Source of the DNA: the human T2T-CHM13v2.0 reference genome, Homo sapiens
Assembly (NCBI RefSeq): GCF_009914755.1
Contig: NC_060936.1
Strand: one strand, 5' to 3'
DNA length: 64,000 bases
Notes under the pieces: generated by a model
The model's database searches: none
What the model was told of the DNA's origin: nothing
The model's input: the letters and a program-made list of their open reading frames with translations, nothing else
Position numbers and translations under genes: made by a program
Part shown: one piece after another, positions 1 through 12,579 of the stretch
How positions within the stretch are numbered: the stretch's first letter is position 1
Layout: every line of letters begins with the position of its first letter

Positions 1-1470
1 GCTCTAAACATTTGTAGATATTTCTGTCAAGTTAAGAAAGATGTTTTTCCTCTTATTTTGCAAGCGCTTTCCCATGAATGCATTTTGTAGCTCCTCTATT
101 TTGTTAATACGGTGAAATATTGAATTTTAATGTTAAATGAAATTTTCCTTCCTAGAATAAACTCTTTGTCCAGTTTTGTTTTTCTCTTTACCCATTATTA
201 TATTTGTTTGGTAGTATTTGTTTAGTATTGCTTCATTTATGTTCATGAGTGAAATTGACTGCAATTTTCCTTTCTAATAATATACTAATTAGATTTCTGA
301 TATCAAATTTATATTGGCCTCATAAAACAAATCGGAAGTATTCTCAGTTTTTCTGTTCACTGAAAGAGTTTGGGTACATTTGACATTACTCCTTCCTTAA
401 ACATTTAGCAGAATCACAGGTGATTTCATTAGGTCTGGAATTTTTCTTATGATCAGTTTCACACTGTGGATTCAATTTCGTTAATAGTTACAGGAGTATT
501 CGTTTTCTTTCTGCTTCTACCTGTATACTTACATTTTGGAAGTCTATCTTTCAAGCTGTATTTTCAAAAATTGTCTGAGATCTTTGCTTTTTATTTGGAG
601 TATTTAGTTCATTTATATTTCATTTAAATATTTATATTTTTGCTTTCTGATTGTCCAACTCTTTCATATTTTTCTTCTTTCATTTTTCTTGCTTGCCTAT
701 ATTTGGAATGATTATACATTTTTATGATTCCATTCCTCCCTCCTCATTTAGGTTGGAAGCTATGTATTCTTGTACTATATTTTTATGGTTACCCCATTAT
801 AAGGTGCATCTTTTTCTTATTAAAATATATTGTTGTTTGATACTATTAACCTTTTCCCAGATCACTCAAAAATTAAAAATACCTTAATTATTATCTTTCT
901 GACTTTAATGACATTGTCACTTAAAAAAAATTCTATGTACATTAAACTGCCTAGGACATTATTATTGTTTATTTTACAGTTAATATCCATTTTATTTAGC
1001 TTTACTTTTTTTGTTGATTTCTAGGTTCTTTTTATTTTCATCTTCAGACTTTCTTCTGGGATCATTTTCTTTTTCTCTGAAGATATTCTACAGTGTGGTT
1101 CTTCTGGTGCCAAATTCTGTTAGGTTTGTTTTACTTGGAAATATATTTATTTTACCTTTATTCCCAAATAATATTTTTGCTCGGTATAAAATTTTAGGAT
1201 GGCAAGAATATTTTTGCTGGATTTTGGAGAAACTATTACATGGCCTTTTGGCTTTAATTGTTTTTATTGAAAAGACAGCAGTCAGTTTAAATATTGTTCT
1301 TTTGAAGATAATCTTTTTTACCCATTTCACCTAATTTTAAGTTTTTTCTTTCTGCTGTGATGGACTCAAAAGTGATTTTCTTTGTACATGTCTTGCTTAA
1401 GGTTCATAGTGCTTTTTGAATCAGTGACATGATGTCACTCATCAGTTTTATATCAGCTGATAAGTCTTCA
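1..1470 (-). mobile_element. Old L1M fragment (ORF2 remnant plus ORF1 C-terminal region)
   Basis: Minus ORF 1088-1330 (KLTAVFSIKTIKAKR...HPKILYRAKILFGNKGKINIF...TNLTEFGTRRTTL) aligns by eye to the L1 ORF1p C-terminal domain (RLTADFSAETLQARR...QPRISYPAKLSFISEGEIKYF). The rest is T-rich decayed L1 antisense. Boundaries are approximate. Confidence 0.75.
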
Positions 1471-1663
1471 AATTGTCCTGCTCTATTCTCACCTGGAAAC
1501 CTGCTCGTACACCAGTGCTTCCCTCCTCAGTAAAAAGAACCATCAATTGCCTAGGCAAAGTTATCTTTCACCCCTCTCATTCATACACCATATCCAATCT
1601 ATTGGAAATTTTGAGAATACACGTGGAGATTAGATCACCTCTAACCACTTATGTTTCTCCCAC

Positions 1664-2115
1664 TGAGATGCATGATTTTAGGTATTGACTTGACTAGATT
1701 AAGAGATATCCAAATGCCTGGTAAAACACTATTTCTGGGTATGTCTGTGTGGGTGTTTCTGGAAGCAATTAGCATTTTAATCAGTGGACTGAGGAAAGGA
1801 GAGCTTCCCTCACCAATGTAGGTGGGTATCATCCAATTCTGAGGGCTTGCATAGAACAAAGAGGTTAAGAAAGTGCAAATTCACTCTTTTCATGAGCTGG
1901 GACATCTATCTTCTCCTGACCTAGGACATTAGAATTCCAGTTTCTCTGGCTTTTGGACTCTAGGACTTATACCATCAGCTCACTGGTTCTCAGGCTCTCA
2001 GATTCAGAATGAATTATAACACTGGTATTCTAATTCTCCAGTTTGCAAGTGGTATTTTGTGGGACTTCTCAGTCTCCATAATTGCATGAGCCAATTCCCA
2101 TAATTAATGCCCTCT

Positions 2116-2166
<51 letters not shown>

Positions 2167-2209
2167 ATCTCTCTAGCCTATTGGTTTCATTTCTCTGAAA
2201 ACTAACAAA
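1664..2209 (+). mobile_element. MLT2 (ERVL) solo LTR
   Basis: MLT2-like start (ttttaggtattgacttgactagattaag...ctgggtatgtctgtgtgggtgtttctggaag) and end (cctattggtttcatttctctg...actaacaaa); 5-bp TSD cccac/cctac. Confidence 0.85.
2117..2164 (+). repeat. (TATC)12 tetranucleotide microsatellite within the MLT2 LTR
   Basis: Twelve perfect TATC units. Confidence 0.95.
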
Positions 2210-3118
2210 CCTACCTTCATCAAGGTGCAATTGTTCTCACATGGACTACTGCAGTGGCCTTCCAACTAGTGTCTCTGCTTTTCTCCCTTCAACCCCCAAT
2301 GGTCCAATCTTCACGCAGCAGCCAGAGTAAGCCTTTTTAAACCAAAATCATGTAGTGTCACTCCTCTAGTCTATCGTCCAAGGGCTTCCTCTCACACTTG
2401 GGGTAAAATTCAAAGTCCTACCACAGTGGCCCTTGGGGCCATTCCTTATCTGTCCTCTGGCTGTCTCTGACCTGCTGCTTACCACTTTTCCCCTGCTCAG
2501 ACTTCTCTAGCCTCATTGAATTTCTGGCTCTTCCTGGAAGATATCAAACATGTTCCTGCCTTAAACCTTTGTAGTGTGGTTCCCTTTGCTGAAACACTCT
2601 TCCCAGATATTCACATACCTTGTTTCTTTAATTTATTGGGGTATGTAATCAAATTTCACTCCCTCAGAGAGGCCATCGCCATCATTTTCTCTTTTCTTAT
2701 ACTGCCTTATTTTCCTCTTGGCACTTTTATTACTGATACTGTATTTATATTGGCTTATTTTTCTTTCTAAATATTTCTATTAAAACATGAACTCCATGTG
2801 AGCAGTAATTTTAACCATTTTTGTTTTTCTTATTTGTTGTATCACCAGGGTCTAGAACTGTGTTTGGCATATAAAAAACAAATATTTGTTAAATAAAATA
2901 ATTAATGGCTATTGTCACTTTTTTTCTCAGTAAATGTATCAGGAAGAAGAAAATGGGTAAAGAATTGGCTGTAGTGAAGAAGATAGTTCAATAATTTTGG
3001 TTAGGGTGGTGTAGGCCTTAATTGTGGAAGCAGTATTGAGATCTTTTCAGAATTTTTTAAATCCTTTCCTTAAAATGTTCAAATCCAATAATGAAATTGA
3101 GTGCTAGAATAAATTAGA

Positions 3119-3488
3119 TGATATGGTTTGGCTGTATTCCCAGCAGAATCTCATCTTGAATTGTAGCTCCCATAATTCCCACATGTCATGGGAGGGACCT
3201 GGTGGGAGGTAATTACATCATGGGGAATGGGTCTGTCCTGTGCTGGTCTCGTGATAGTGAGTAAGTCTCAGGAGAGCTGATGGCTTTATAAATGGGGATT
3301 CCCCTGTACAAGCTCTCTTGCCTGCTGCCATTTAAGACATGCCTTTGCTTCTTCTTTGCCTTCCACTATGATTGTGAGGCCTCCCCAGCCATGTGGAACA
3401 GTGAGTCTAGTCTACTAAACCAGTTTTATTTATAAACAAGCCAGTCTTGGGTATATCTATATTAGCAGCATGAGAACAGAGTAATACA
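3119..3488 (+). mobile_element. THE1B-like MaLR solo LTR
   Basis: tgatatggtttggctgt...tgagaacagagtaataca termini; TSD ttaga/ttagg. Confidence 0.9.
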
Positions 3489-4324
3489 TTAGGGATTTAA
3501 ACATATTAGAGATAACTTTTTATTTGATCATGATATAAAGTATTATTAAAATGATCTGAAAAGAAAATTCAACAGGGAATTTTCAGAACTTAAATGACTG
3601 TGTACAACTTTCATTCCAAAGAATCAACTTCTCAACACTCTGTCTTAGAGTATATCTGTACATCACTCATCCTTTAAAATAGTTATGCCTAAAATGAAGA
3701 TATGTGACATTTATTTAACAGCCACATAAGTCAATACAATCCATTTAAGATAGTGTTGTAAAAAAATATAACTAGAGCCTAGAAAAATGTGAGATATTAT
3801 GTTTAAGTGAACATTTTCAAAACTCTTGTTTTTTGAAATTCTCTCCAACATCTTATCTATATTTTAACCAAAGAAACATGGGTCAGCACTTGCATTGGTT
3901 ATTAATCTACATGATCCAACCACATTGTGTGCCTTGTCAACACAAGGAGTGCAAAAGAGAGATAGATAGAGGCGTATTCTTAAAAGCTCTGAATAGATAT
4001 TGCTTATAATTTTATTTGAAATTGGGTTTTTAAAATCATTTCCTTGTAAATTATTTGTATCTAATGACTGTCATATAATAGTCTCATATTTCTGTACTGA
4101 TATACAGAGAAAAAAATTTCTTTGAGATTTCTAAGTGGTAATATTTTTACCTTTGAGTGAGGGTTCTTATTTTACAAAAATGTCCATTGGTCTAAACTTT
4201 AGAATATGAACATGGCAGATATGTGAGAGTATTTGTTAATTACCATAAATTTATAGATGGTGTCCCTCAATATTGCATATGGGAGCTGTATCAGAGAGGC
4301 TGTTTCTCACTGTAATTTATTCAC

Positions 4325-4440
4325 TGATCTATTCATTCAACTAACATTGAGAGTACACTCTAAGAGGCACTATATTTGGAGGTAAGTGTGCCAAAAACAT
4401 AAGATGGAATCCTGTCTCCAATGAGTTTATATCTAGCAGA
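4325..4440 (-). mobile_element. L2 3' end fragment
   Basis: attcattcaactaacattgagagtacactct...cctgtctccaatgagtttatatctag resembles an antisense L2 tail. Confidence 0.55.
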
Positions 4441-5561
4441 AGGAGAAAGAAAAATGACAAGTGAATCTTACTGATGAGATTGGGTCATTGATCTGGGAGT
4501 ACATGTTTATTGGCATGTTTTTGTTTGCTTAGGTTGAGTGTCCATCTACTACTCAACCACTCAAGGAGCATGAATTCTTCAAAATTATAATCGCTTCAGG
4601 AATCAATATGTATTAATGTTGATTATTTATGGAGAGTAAAATAAAATATAAAAGTAGTCTTAGGTATATACAGAGTAACATAGATCTCTGTTGAAAAGTA
4701 GTCTCCTTATATGTTTAAGGAGAATGAAGAAAAGCTCATACAAACTGACATTAGAGATAGATAATGAGAAGTACATTTAGCTCTTGCATAGATTCAAATA
4801 CAAGAATATAATATTATTTACAAACACTTGGAGGAAAAACAACCAGCATTAGGGCATTAACAAAGAAAGAAGACGCAAGCCTGTTGTGTCTCTGGTTGGC
4901 TTGGTCACTATCAAATCAGTTATTGCCATTGCATGGACATGCTCCAGGGGTGGCTGATGACATTTATCTTCTTATTGGTGGTTCTAAACTGGGGTAGGCT
5001 GCTGCCTTGACTGCTCTTCCTGTAATAACTTCCAAGGACAACTGAGGCCACCTCGGGGAGTGGAAAACCTATGTCAGCAATTATATGCCAGCTACATTAG
5101 CTGCTACGTATGCAAAGGCAAATTAGACATGTGGTGGGTGCATTCATGGAGGCTACAAAATCAACACATAAATGAGAGGGATGCATAAGTAAGAAATCAT
5201 TAAAAAGTTCCTAAATGCAAAGAAAAAGTTTCTAAATGCAAAGAAATATGTTTACAGTAGATATGAAGACAGTGCATTAGAAGTACACCTAACTCATGGC
5301 AGGAGGCTGCCATACTTTCCAGATTTCCCCGAGGAGCTAACCAATAAGCTGAGTCCTGGAGTGTGATCAGGAGTCACCCAAGGGAAGTAGGGAGTAAAAG
5401 GATATCCACAGAGGGAAAGATGCATTCAAAGTTAGAGAGGCAAGAGAGAGCGTGAGAGTGTGGCTGTTAGAGGGGAGAGGAATGTCACTGGACTTCACTT
5501 ATTGACTGTGTTGGCTCCTGGCTCATCATTCTTGGTGACTTAAGCATTCTTATGAATATAC

Positions 5562-6200
5562 TTTTCTGTGCTTCTCCCTTCTCCTACCATCCCCCCAACA
5601 AGTAGACCCCAGTGTCTGTTGTTTCTTTCTTTGTGTTCCTAAGCTCTTATCATTTGGCTCCCACTTAAAAGTGAGAACATGCTGTATTTGGTGTTCTGTT
5701 CCTGAATTAGTTTGCTAAGGATAGTAGCCTCCAGCTCTATCCATGTTCCCACAAAAGACATGATCCTTTTCTTTTTTTATGGCTGCATAGTATTCTATGG
5801 TGTACATGTACTACATTTTCTTTATCCAGTCTGTCACTGATGGGCTTTAAGGCTGACTCCATGTCTTTGCTATTGTGAATAGTGCTGCAATCAACATTGA
5901 TGTGCATATATCTTTATGGTAGAAAGCTTTCTATTCCTCTGGGTATTTCCCCAGTAATGAGATTGCTGTGTTGAATGGTAGCTCTCTGCTTTTAGCTCTT
6001 TGAGGAATAGCCATACTGCTTTCCACAATGGTTGCACTAATTTACACTTCCACCAACAGTGTATAAGTGTTCCCTTTTGTCCACAACCTTGCCAGCATTG
6101 GTCACTTTTTAACTTTTTGATAATAGCCATTCTTACTGGTGTGAGATGGCATCTCATTGTGCCTTTGATTTGCATTTCTTTAATGATCAGTGACATTGAG
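5562..6200 (-). mobile_element. L1 3' fragment (L1PA13-16/L1PB-like), lacking the extreme 3' end
   Basis: Minus ORF 5891-6196 encodes the ORF2p cysteine-rich C-terminus ([27 protein letters not shown]); old primate 3'UTR (caagtagaccccagtgtctgttg). Confidence 0.9.
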
Positions 6201-6929
6201 GGGCCAGATAGATACTATAGCAGCCATCCTAGTGAGAAAATGTGAGGGATAAGCAAGTTACTGCAGCTGGCATTTAAATACAGATTGAAAACAAGAACAC
6301 ATCGATCACTGTGCCAGTTAGTAGGCAGTTTGTGTGGAGGTGGAGGTGGAGGGGTGTTGACCAATGCTGAAAAGCAAGAAAAGAAGTGTCACCAAGGCCG
6401 GTCTGAGCAGCTTCCTGGGTGAGGGGTTATTGTATGACAAACTTTAAGAATTATAATGTATAACTTCCTAAAGTACTTCATAAATGAAGTACTGAGTCTT
6501 AGCCTGATTCTATTATATATTTAAATTATTCAACTCCCTTGCACTGATTCCATGCTTATTGGGCAAACATTTAACTATAATGTGACTTTTCATGTAGGTA
6601 TTTCTATAGGGAAAGAGCCTGTCCTGGTCATATTGAGGGGAATATGAGATCTGCAATTTATTAAAATAATTTGGCTTACAGATTTGATGTATGGGTTTGA
6701 TGATGTTGGTTATGGTGAGGCAGTTCCTATAAAATAAGGCTTCTGAACCTGTAAGGGCAGAATCTGGTCTTTGAGAAATTCATGAGGTATTATCTTCCTG
6801 CTAGGACTTGACTTTAGTGACATTTATGTCACTACCTCTCTCTTGTTTCTCAGTTATTTTTTATTTTTAGGGCTTACAATGTTACCTATAGAGAATCCAA
6901 GGAAGAGAGTTGGGGATGTTGATATGAGT

Positions 6930-7450
6930 TGAAATTGGGTAATGAAGAATTTGATATTCAAGCCAACAGATGTAGCAAACAACCGAAATTGGGTCTAGAA
7001 ATTACTCCAGGTTGGAGACACGGACTTGAAAGTCACTAGCACATTGAAGAAGACCATGAGATTAGGCAAGACACCTTAGGAACAGTGAGTCAAGTGAGAA
7101 GACAACAGTAAAACCCCAAAAGATTGCCAATATTTAAGAGGTAGACAGTGGGAGAAAGAAAGAGGAATAAATGCCAGAGAAAGAAAGAGTGATCTGAGAG
7201 ATAGGAATGGATTTCTGCAGCACAGAAACTAAGAAAGGAAGAAGGGCTTTCAAATATGAGGTAGTTCATAGTATGAAAAGGAAGCCAAATAAAATGATGA
7301 AGCTAAAAGGGTTTATTTTATTTAGTCAGAAAGGTTGTTGCTGATCTTGGAGGGGATGATTTCAGTGAAGTCATGGGACAGAGGCTGTATTTCAGGGATC
7401 TGAGAAGTGAACAGTATTTGGGTAAATGAGGGGCTGCAAGTATGGAAGTG
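6930..7450 (-). mobile_element. L2 fragment
   Basis: Purine-rich antisense L2 motifs (ggttggagacacggacttgaaagtcactagc; gatttcagtgaagtcatgggacagaggctgtatttcaggg). Confidence 0.55.
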
Positions 7451-7764
7451 GATGAAGTATTGATGCCCTGTGAGTCTGGAAAATTCCAGCTTAGCAAGTT
7501 AATTACTGGAAGTTATAAAGGTAAAAATGACCAAGATGTGCTGTCAAAATATGAAAGGTGCTGAATAATCTGTAAAATTCCATTTGTATCCACAAATAGA
7601 AAGCAGCTTTTCTCAACTCTGATTTTGTAAGAATTTTGGCCCTAATATCCTAAGAAGTCCATTGTATGTGATGCGTAAACTTCTTTCCCATGCATTGAGA
7701 GTGGTCCTAGTTGTCACAAGAATTGAGAAAAATGTCACTCAAATAATTTTCTGTGTTCTGATGC

Positions 7765-8088
7765 ATTAGCATCACCTGGGAGTGTGCTGGAAGTGCAGAA
7801 ACTCAGGGGCCACCCAGACCTACTGGATAAGAATCAGCATTTTTACAATATCCTCTTAGGATTGCAAACCATATTAAAGTTTTAAAGGCACTGCTTTAGA
7901 GCAACAGTTCTGAACCTTGACTGTTCTCTAGGCTCACATAAGGAACTTAAAAAGCTTACTGATGTTCAGCCCTCACCTTCACAGGTCCTGATTCAATTGG
8001 TCTAAGGTTGGACAAAGGCCGTGGCTTGTGAGCTACTTTCCAAAAGCTCACCAGGTGATTAAGTGAGGTCAGGGTTAAGAACCACTGG
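7765..8088. mobile_element. Adjacent MER5A/MER5B hAT-Charlie elements
   Basis: agcatcacctgggag...cccagacctactg...gaatcagcatttt followed by a second unit ending gggttaagaaccactg. Confidence 0.7.
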
Positions 8089-8943
8089 TCCTGGAAAATA
8101 AGAGCTTGGGTATCATAGAGCCCAGATTAGGATTTGAGAAAGAAGTAAGCTGACCACTGATCAGTAAAATGGAAGCTATGATGCTTTCTGATTTCTTAAT
8201 TCAATGTTGTGGGAGGAAGATAAATGATACAAAACTCATTAACTGCTTTGAGTTTCATAGAGAAAAGTTAAACTTATAAATGTTATATAATATAATTATA
8301 TGATAATGAAGATAAATATGCAAATGCTTAATTGAAACAGGGAATAAGATACCAAATGAAATCGCTCGAGAAAGCTTCACAAGAATTCGAAAGTAATAAA
8401 AAATAGTAAAGTGCATATGGCTGGGAAAATATATTTAAACTGTAACTTCCAAATGAATTTTAGCAATGAATTTATTATCTGCCCCCCGATTTTGAGTCAA
8501 GAGCATAAACACTGAAATTTCCAATCCAATTTTTTTAACAATTCTACTCTGGTTATACTAGTTATTGAAAGTTCAATGAGTTCAGTGACCTATTTTAAAA
8601 GCTTTATCTATACTGCCATGGATACAGATATTTGTATAATTATCTATCCAGTTTAGGATAATCTATGTACCCATAGGGCCAAGAATTTCTTAGGCTACAG
8701 TAAGGTATTTCGGTTGTATGAATTACTAGTATAACCGTGTCATCTTCTAAATTCATAAGGAAGTGTGCATAGGCTGAGGTCATTATTTCCCTCATTCTGA
8801 GAATGAATCACAGCTCAGAGCTTTCCCCGGAGTGCACCGTGCATTGTTTGCTTGGTGCTTCCCTTCACAGAATTCTGTGCTTCATAAAAAATATACACTT
8901 TATATCTGTGTGGTGCTTTAACAATCATTTCCTCATGAAAGAC

Positions 8944-9485
8944 TGATATGGTTTGGCTCTGTGTCCCCACCCAAATCTCATCTCACACTGTAATGCCTAC
9001 ATGTCCAGTGTCCAGAGAGGGACCTGGTGAGAGGTGATTGGATCATGGGCGTGGTTTCCCCCATGCTATTCTCATGATAGTGAGGAAGTTCTCACGGGAT
9101 CTGGTTGTTGGATAAGTGTCTGGCCTCTCCCCTGCACTTTCATGCTCTCATTCTCTCTTTCTGTCTCTCTCTTACCTGCTGCCACGTAAGACATGCCTGC
9201 TTCCCCTTCCACCACTGGGAGGTGATTGGATCATGGGGGCGGGTTTCCCTCATGCTGTCCTCATGACAGTGAGTGAGTTCTCATGAGATCTGATGGTTTT
9301 ATAAGTGGCAGTTTCCCCTGCTCTCCTATTTCTTTCCTGCTGCTTTGTGAAGAAGATATTTGCCTTCCACCATGATTGTAAGTTTCCTTAGGCCTCCCCA
9401 GCCATGCAGAACTGTGAGTCAATTCAACTTCTTTCTTTTATAAATTACCCAGTCTTGGGCAGTATCTTTTTGGCAGACTAATGCA
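8944..9485 (+). mobile_element. Composite THE1D/MSTA-like LTR with a repeated internal segment
   Basis: tgatatggtttggctctgtgtcccc start and gactaatgca end; the block gaggtgattggatcatggg...ttccacca occurs twice (~9031-9213 and ~9219-9372). Confidence 0.85.
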
Positions 9486-9703
9486 GTGCCTTACTAATCA
9501 TGCACAATATGCAGAGGAGAAGTTATTGTTTCAATTTAGGGATAATAAAACTGATTGATGTTTAAAGCAGTGAGTCCCCTAACATCTCAGGAATACTTGA
9601 AAACACTATTTATTGCCAATAATAGGCCACCTTCTGTTGAGAATATCTAGGTCTAGAACGTGGATTTTGTTAAGCAATCCAAGTGATTCTTCTATTTTCT
9701 TTC

Positions 9704-10008
9704 TTTCTTTTTTTTTTTTTTTTTGAGACGGAGTCACGCTCTGTCGCCCAGGCTGGAGGGGATGCAGCGGCGCGATCTTGGCTCACTGCAAGCTCCGCCT
9801 CCCGGGTTCGCGCCATTCTCCTGCCTCAGCCTCCTGAGTAGCTGGGACTACAGGCGCCCACCACCACGCCCGGCTAATTTTTTGTATTTTTAGTAGAGAC
9901 GGGGTTTCACTGTGTTAGCCAGGATGGTCTCGAGCTCCTGACCTCGTGATCCGCACGCCTTGGCCTTCCAAAGTGCTGGGATTACAGGCGTGAGCCGCCG
10001 CGCCCGGC
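9704..10008 (-). mobile_element. AluY
   Basis: AluY diagnostics (gcaagctccgcc, gccattctcc, ttagccaggatgg, gacctcgtgatcc); CpG-rich; perfect 13-bp TSD tctattttctttc at 9691-9703 and 10009-10021. Confidence 0.95.
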
Positions 10009-11685
10009 TCTATTTTCTTTCATTTACACTTTGTCCTACAGTTTTTCTAGTTCCTCCCTCTTCAATTTGATTTTCATTTATTCTCCCCTTCTTTTCTCAT
10101 TTTTCTTTAATCCTGTGTCATTTGCCACTTGTTATCTTATACCTGTTTCCCCCTTGCTTTATATTACAAAATTCCAGTTTTAACCATAGCGTCATCTACC
10201 CCAAACTGAGAATTTTATACATTCCTATTCATATCATGATGATAATAAGTTAAGTTGAAACTTGACAAGTGGCTAAACTACTGGTGTTTTCTTGTTTAAT
10301 CTACATAACTGAGGAGTGTGTACTATTTTTTCAGGGGCTATTGGCAGCTTTCAAGAAGTGTCTCACACATTACACCTTACCAAGCATTACTTTTTTCTGT
10401 GTTCTTTGAGCTCTGGTTTCTTTCCCCAATAGAACCAAAAACCAAATATTTTATCAAAGTGACAGTGTGGTATTCATTTTTCAGATTTCTAGTTCTTGGA
10501 AGGGTGCCTTCAAAAGCCACAAAGTTCTCTAATTGTCCAGAGCACCTGCTTCAAAATACCTCAGTGTTAAACTATTTGTTTTTTCCCCTTAGAAGACCAT
10601 AGTACAAGTTCTGTTAACATTTTGACACCAGGCCAAAATATACAACATTCATTTAAGATTGAGTATTAAAGGCCCTATTCACCATTTTTTAAGAGAAGGG
10701 AAAAAAGGAATAAGGGTCTTTCACACTTTCCCTCTGTAATTATGAATGTAAAACTATTCTTGATTCATTTACCTAGCAGATGGAAACATTGTGAGGCTTT
10801 ACTGTATAGTTCACTCATATTTTCCAGCAAAAAATATTGATTTTATTCATTTATTTTGGATTTATTTTGCCTCTTTTTTCATGGCCTTTAAGGTGCAAAA
10901 ATAAGGCAGAGCTTTTTATATTAGTCAAATCAGTCATGCATATAGGTAAGTGCCTAATACCCAGAATAAGTGCCACTGGGCATCTAACCATAGCTCTGGC
11001 CAGCTGCACATAGCTGTCCTTGTTCTACCAGGCCCTACCCCTCTACTCCTTAATGCTCCCACAGTTCCTGCATCCTGGACACCTTTGAAAGGAGCATGTT
11101 CTTGCTTTGTGTAATTGCTGACTGGCAATTCCTAAGCCCTGCTGGCTCAAAGTGCCCTCTGCTTGTTCTCCTTCCCCTTTGGGTTTTCCAGTGGACAGGT
11201 ATTGGTGAGTACCTTGGGAAGAAGTTAAAAGTTATTTTCATTGAATTTTACTTGGATGAATTAAAGTATATACACATGAATGTATAGGGAGAAATGGCAT
11301 GTGATATAATCCTCCCCAGGTCTGCCCCGACAATGCTTATCACATTCGTTGCACACACAACTTTTTTCTGAAGAGTTTGCACAAGTCTTCATGGTCTTTA
11401 TAATCTTATCTGACATACTAGACAAGAGATAACTTAAAGACAACCTCTGTAGACTAGCCTGTCACCTAGGCCATGATGGTTCTAAGGCTCACAACAGGGA
11501 ACCTCAAACTGGATGATGACTGACTGAACCAAACAGTTCCTCTTTAAAAACAATAAGAAACACAGATAATATGTCAACAGTGACAGATTAATTAGAAGTA
11601 GAGAAAGGAAAGAGCTATAATTTCTACAGTGAAAGAGAAACCAAATCCTGTCTTCAAGGGGGATGGTTTAGATATGTGCATGAAT

Positions 11686-11837
11686 GGTCCCGGTGTGGTG
11701 GCTCACACCTGTAATCCCAGGACTTTGGGAGGCAGAGATGGGAAGATCACTTGAGACCAGGAGTTTGAGCCCAGGCTGGTCAACATAGCGAGACGCTCAT
11801 CTCTATTTAAAAAAAAAAAGTATGTATTTAAAAAGTA
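11686..11837 (+). mobile_element. FLAM_C / Alu monomer
   Basis: Single Alu monomer with A tail; degenerate TSD agatatgtgcatgaatg / agatatttgcgttaatg. Confidence 0.85.
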
Positions 11838-11869
11838 AGATATTTGCGTTAATGTTGCTTCTTACCCAA

Positions 11870-12565
11870 TAGCCTCTTCAAATCCTTGAAGTTCTCACCT
11901 CAATGACCTTCTTTTCCACCATACTTTAGCTATCTCCCCCTTTGGCCCCAATTGCTAACTCATGTCATCATTTATAACTGTTCTACTTCTCAAATTACTA
12001 ATTTAAACCATTACTTCAGTTATTGCAATCATCATTTCTCTATGACTTCGATGAGATCATCAGCCTCATGTATCTTCTGCTTTCTTCTAAGTAATAAGTT
12101 CTTCTTTTATTAATTTTGTTCTTATGCAGGTTAGATTCCCTTATACATCATGAAGTAACAATATACCCTAAGATGTGGATTTACTTGCCCCTCTGTGTTT
12201 TTGTTGCATCTAGAAACTCCTTAGAAAAGATGAACCTCCTTTCTCTGGACCTGTACCCTGGCAGCTGGAAACTGCTAGAAAAATTCACACAATAGGACAG
12301 ACAAGTTTCACCAGAAATTCAGGTTCACCAAAAAGGAAACTCCATTGCTTGGCAGTCTTGCAATATTTCTTTAGTTGAACTCACACTTACTCCTTCAAAT
12401 TATTTTTAAAAACATTATCTGTATTTCTCAACTTTATTTCCCTTATTTCCTGCCACTTATTTCCAGGTGGGAAGGTCCTCATCTTTCTAAAATCAATTTA
12501 GATTTTACCAAGTCTGCCTCATCTGTTCCTAATCTTCTTTTAAGGTTCATAATTTCACTATTCTT
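11870..12565 (+). mobile_element. L2 ORF2-region fragment (continues after 13571)
   Basis: Pyrimidine-rich L2-like sequence (ctcacctcaatgaccttcttttccacc...) split by the L1 insertion. Confidence 0.5.
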
Positions 12566-12579
12566 CCTGCATCCCATTT

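Larger units (their letters stand above)
1480..2900 (+). mobile_element. L2 3' fragment, interrupted by an MLT2 LTR
   Basis: L2-like motifs (catggactactgcagtggccttccaactagtgtctctg; cagcagccagagt) and an L2 tail (aaatatttgttaaataa, ~2881-2897). Confidence 0.7.
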
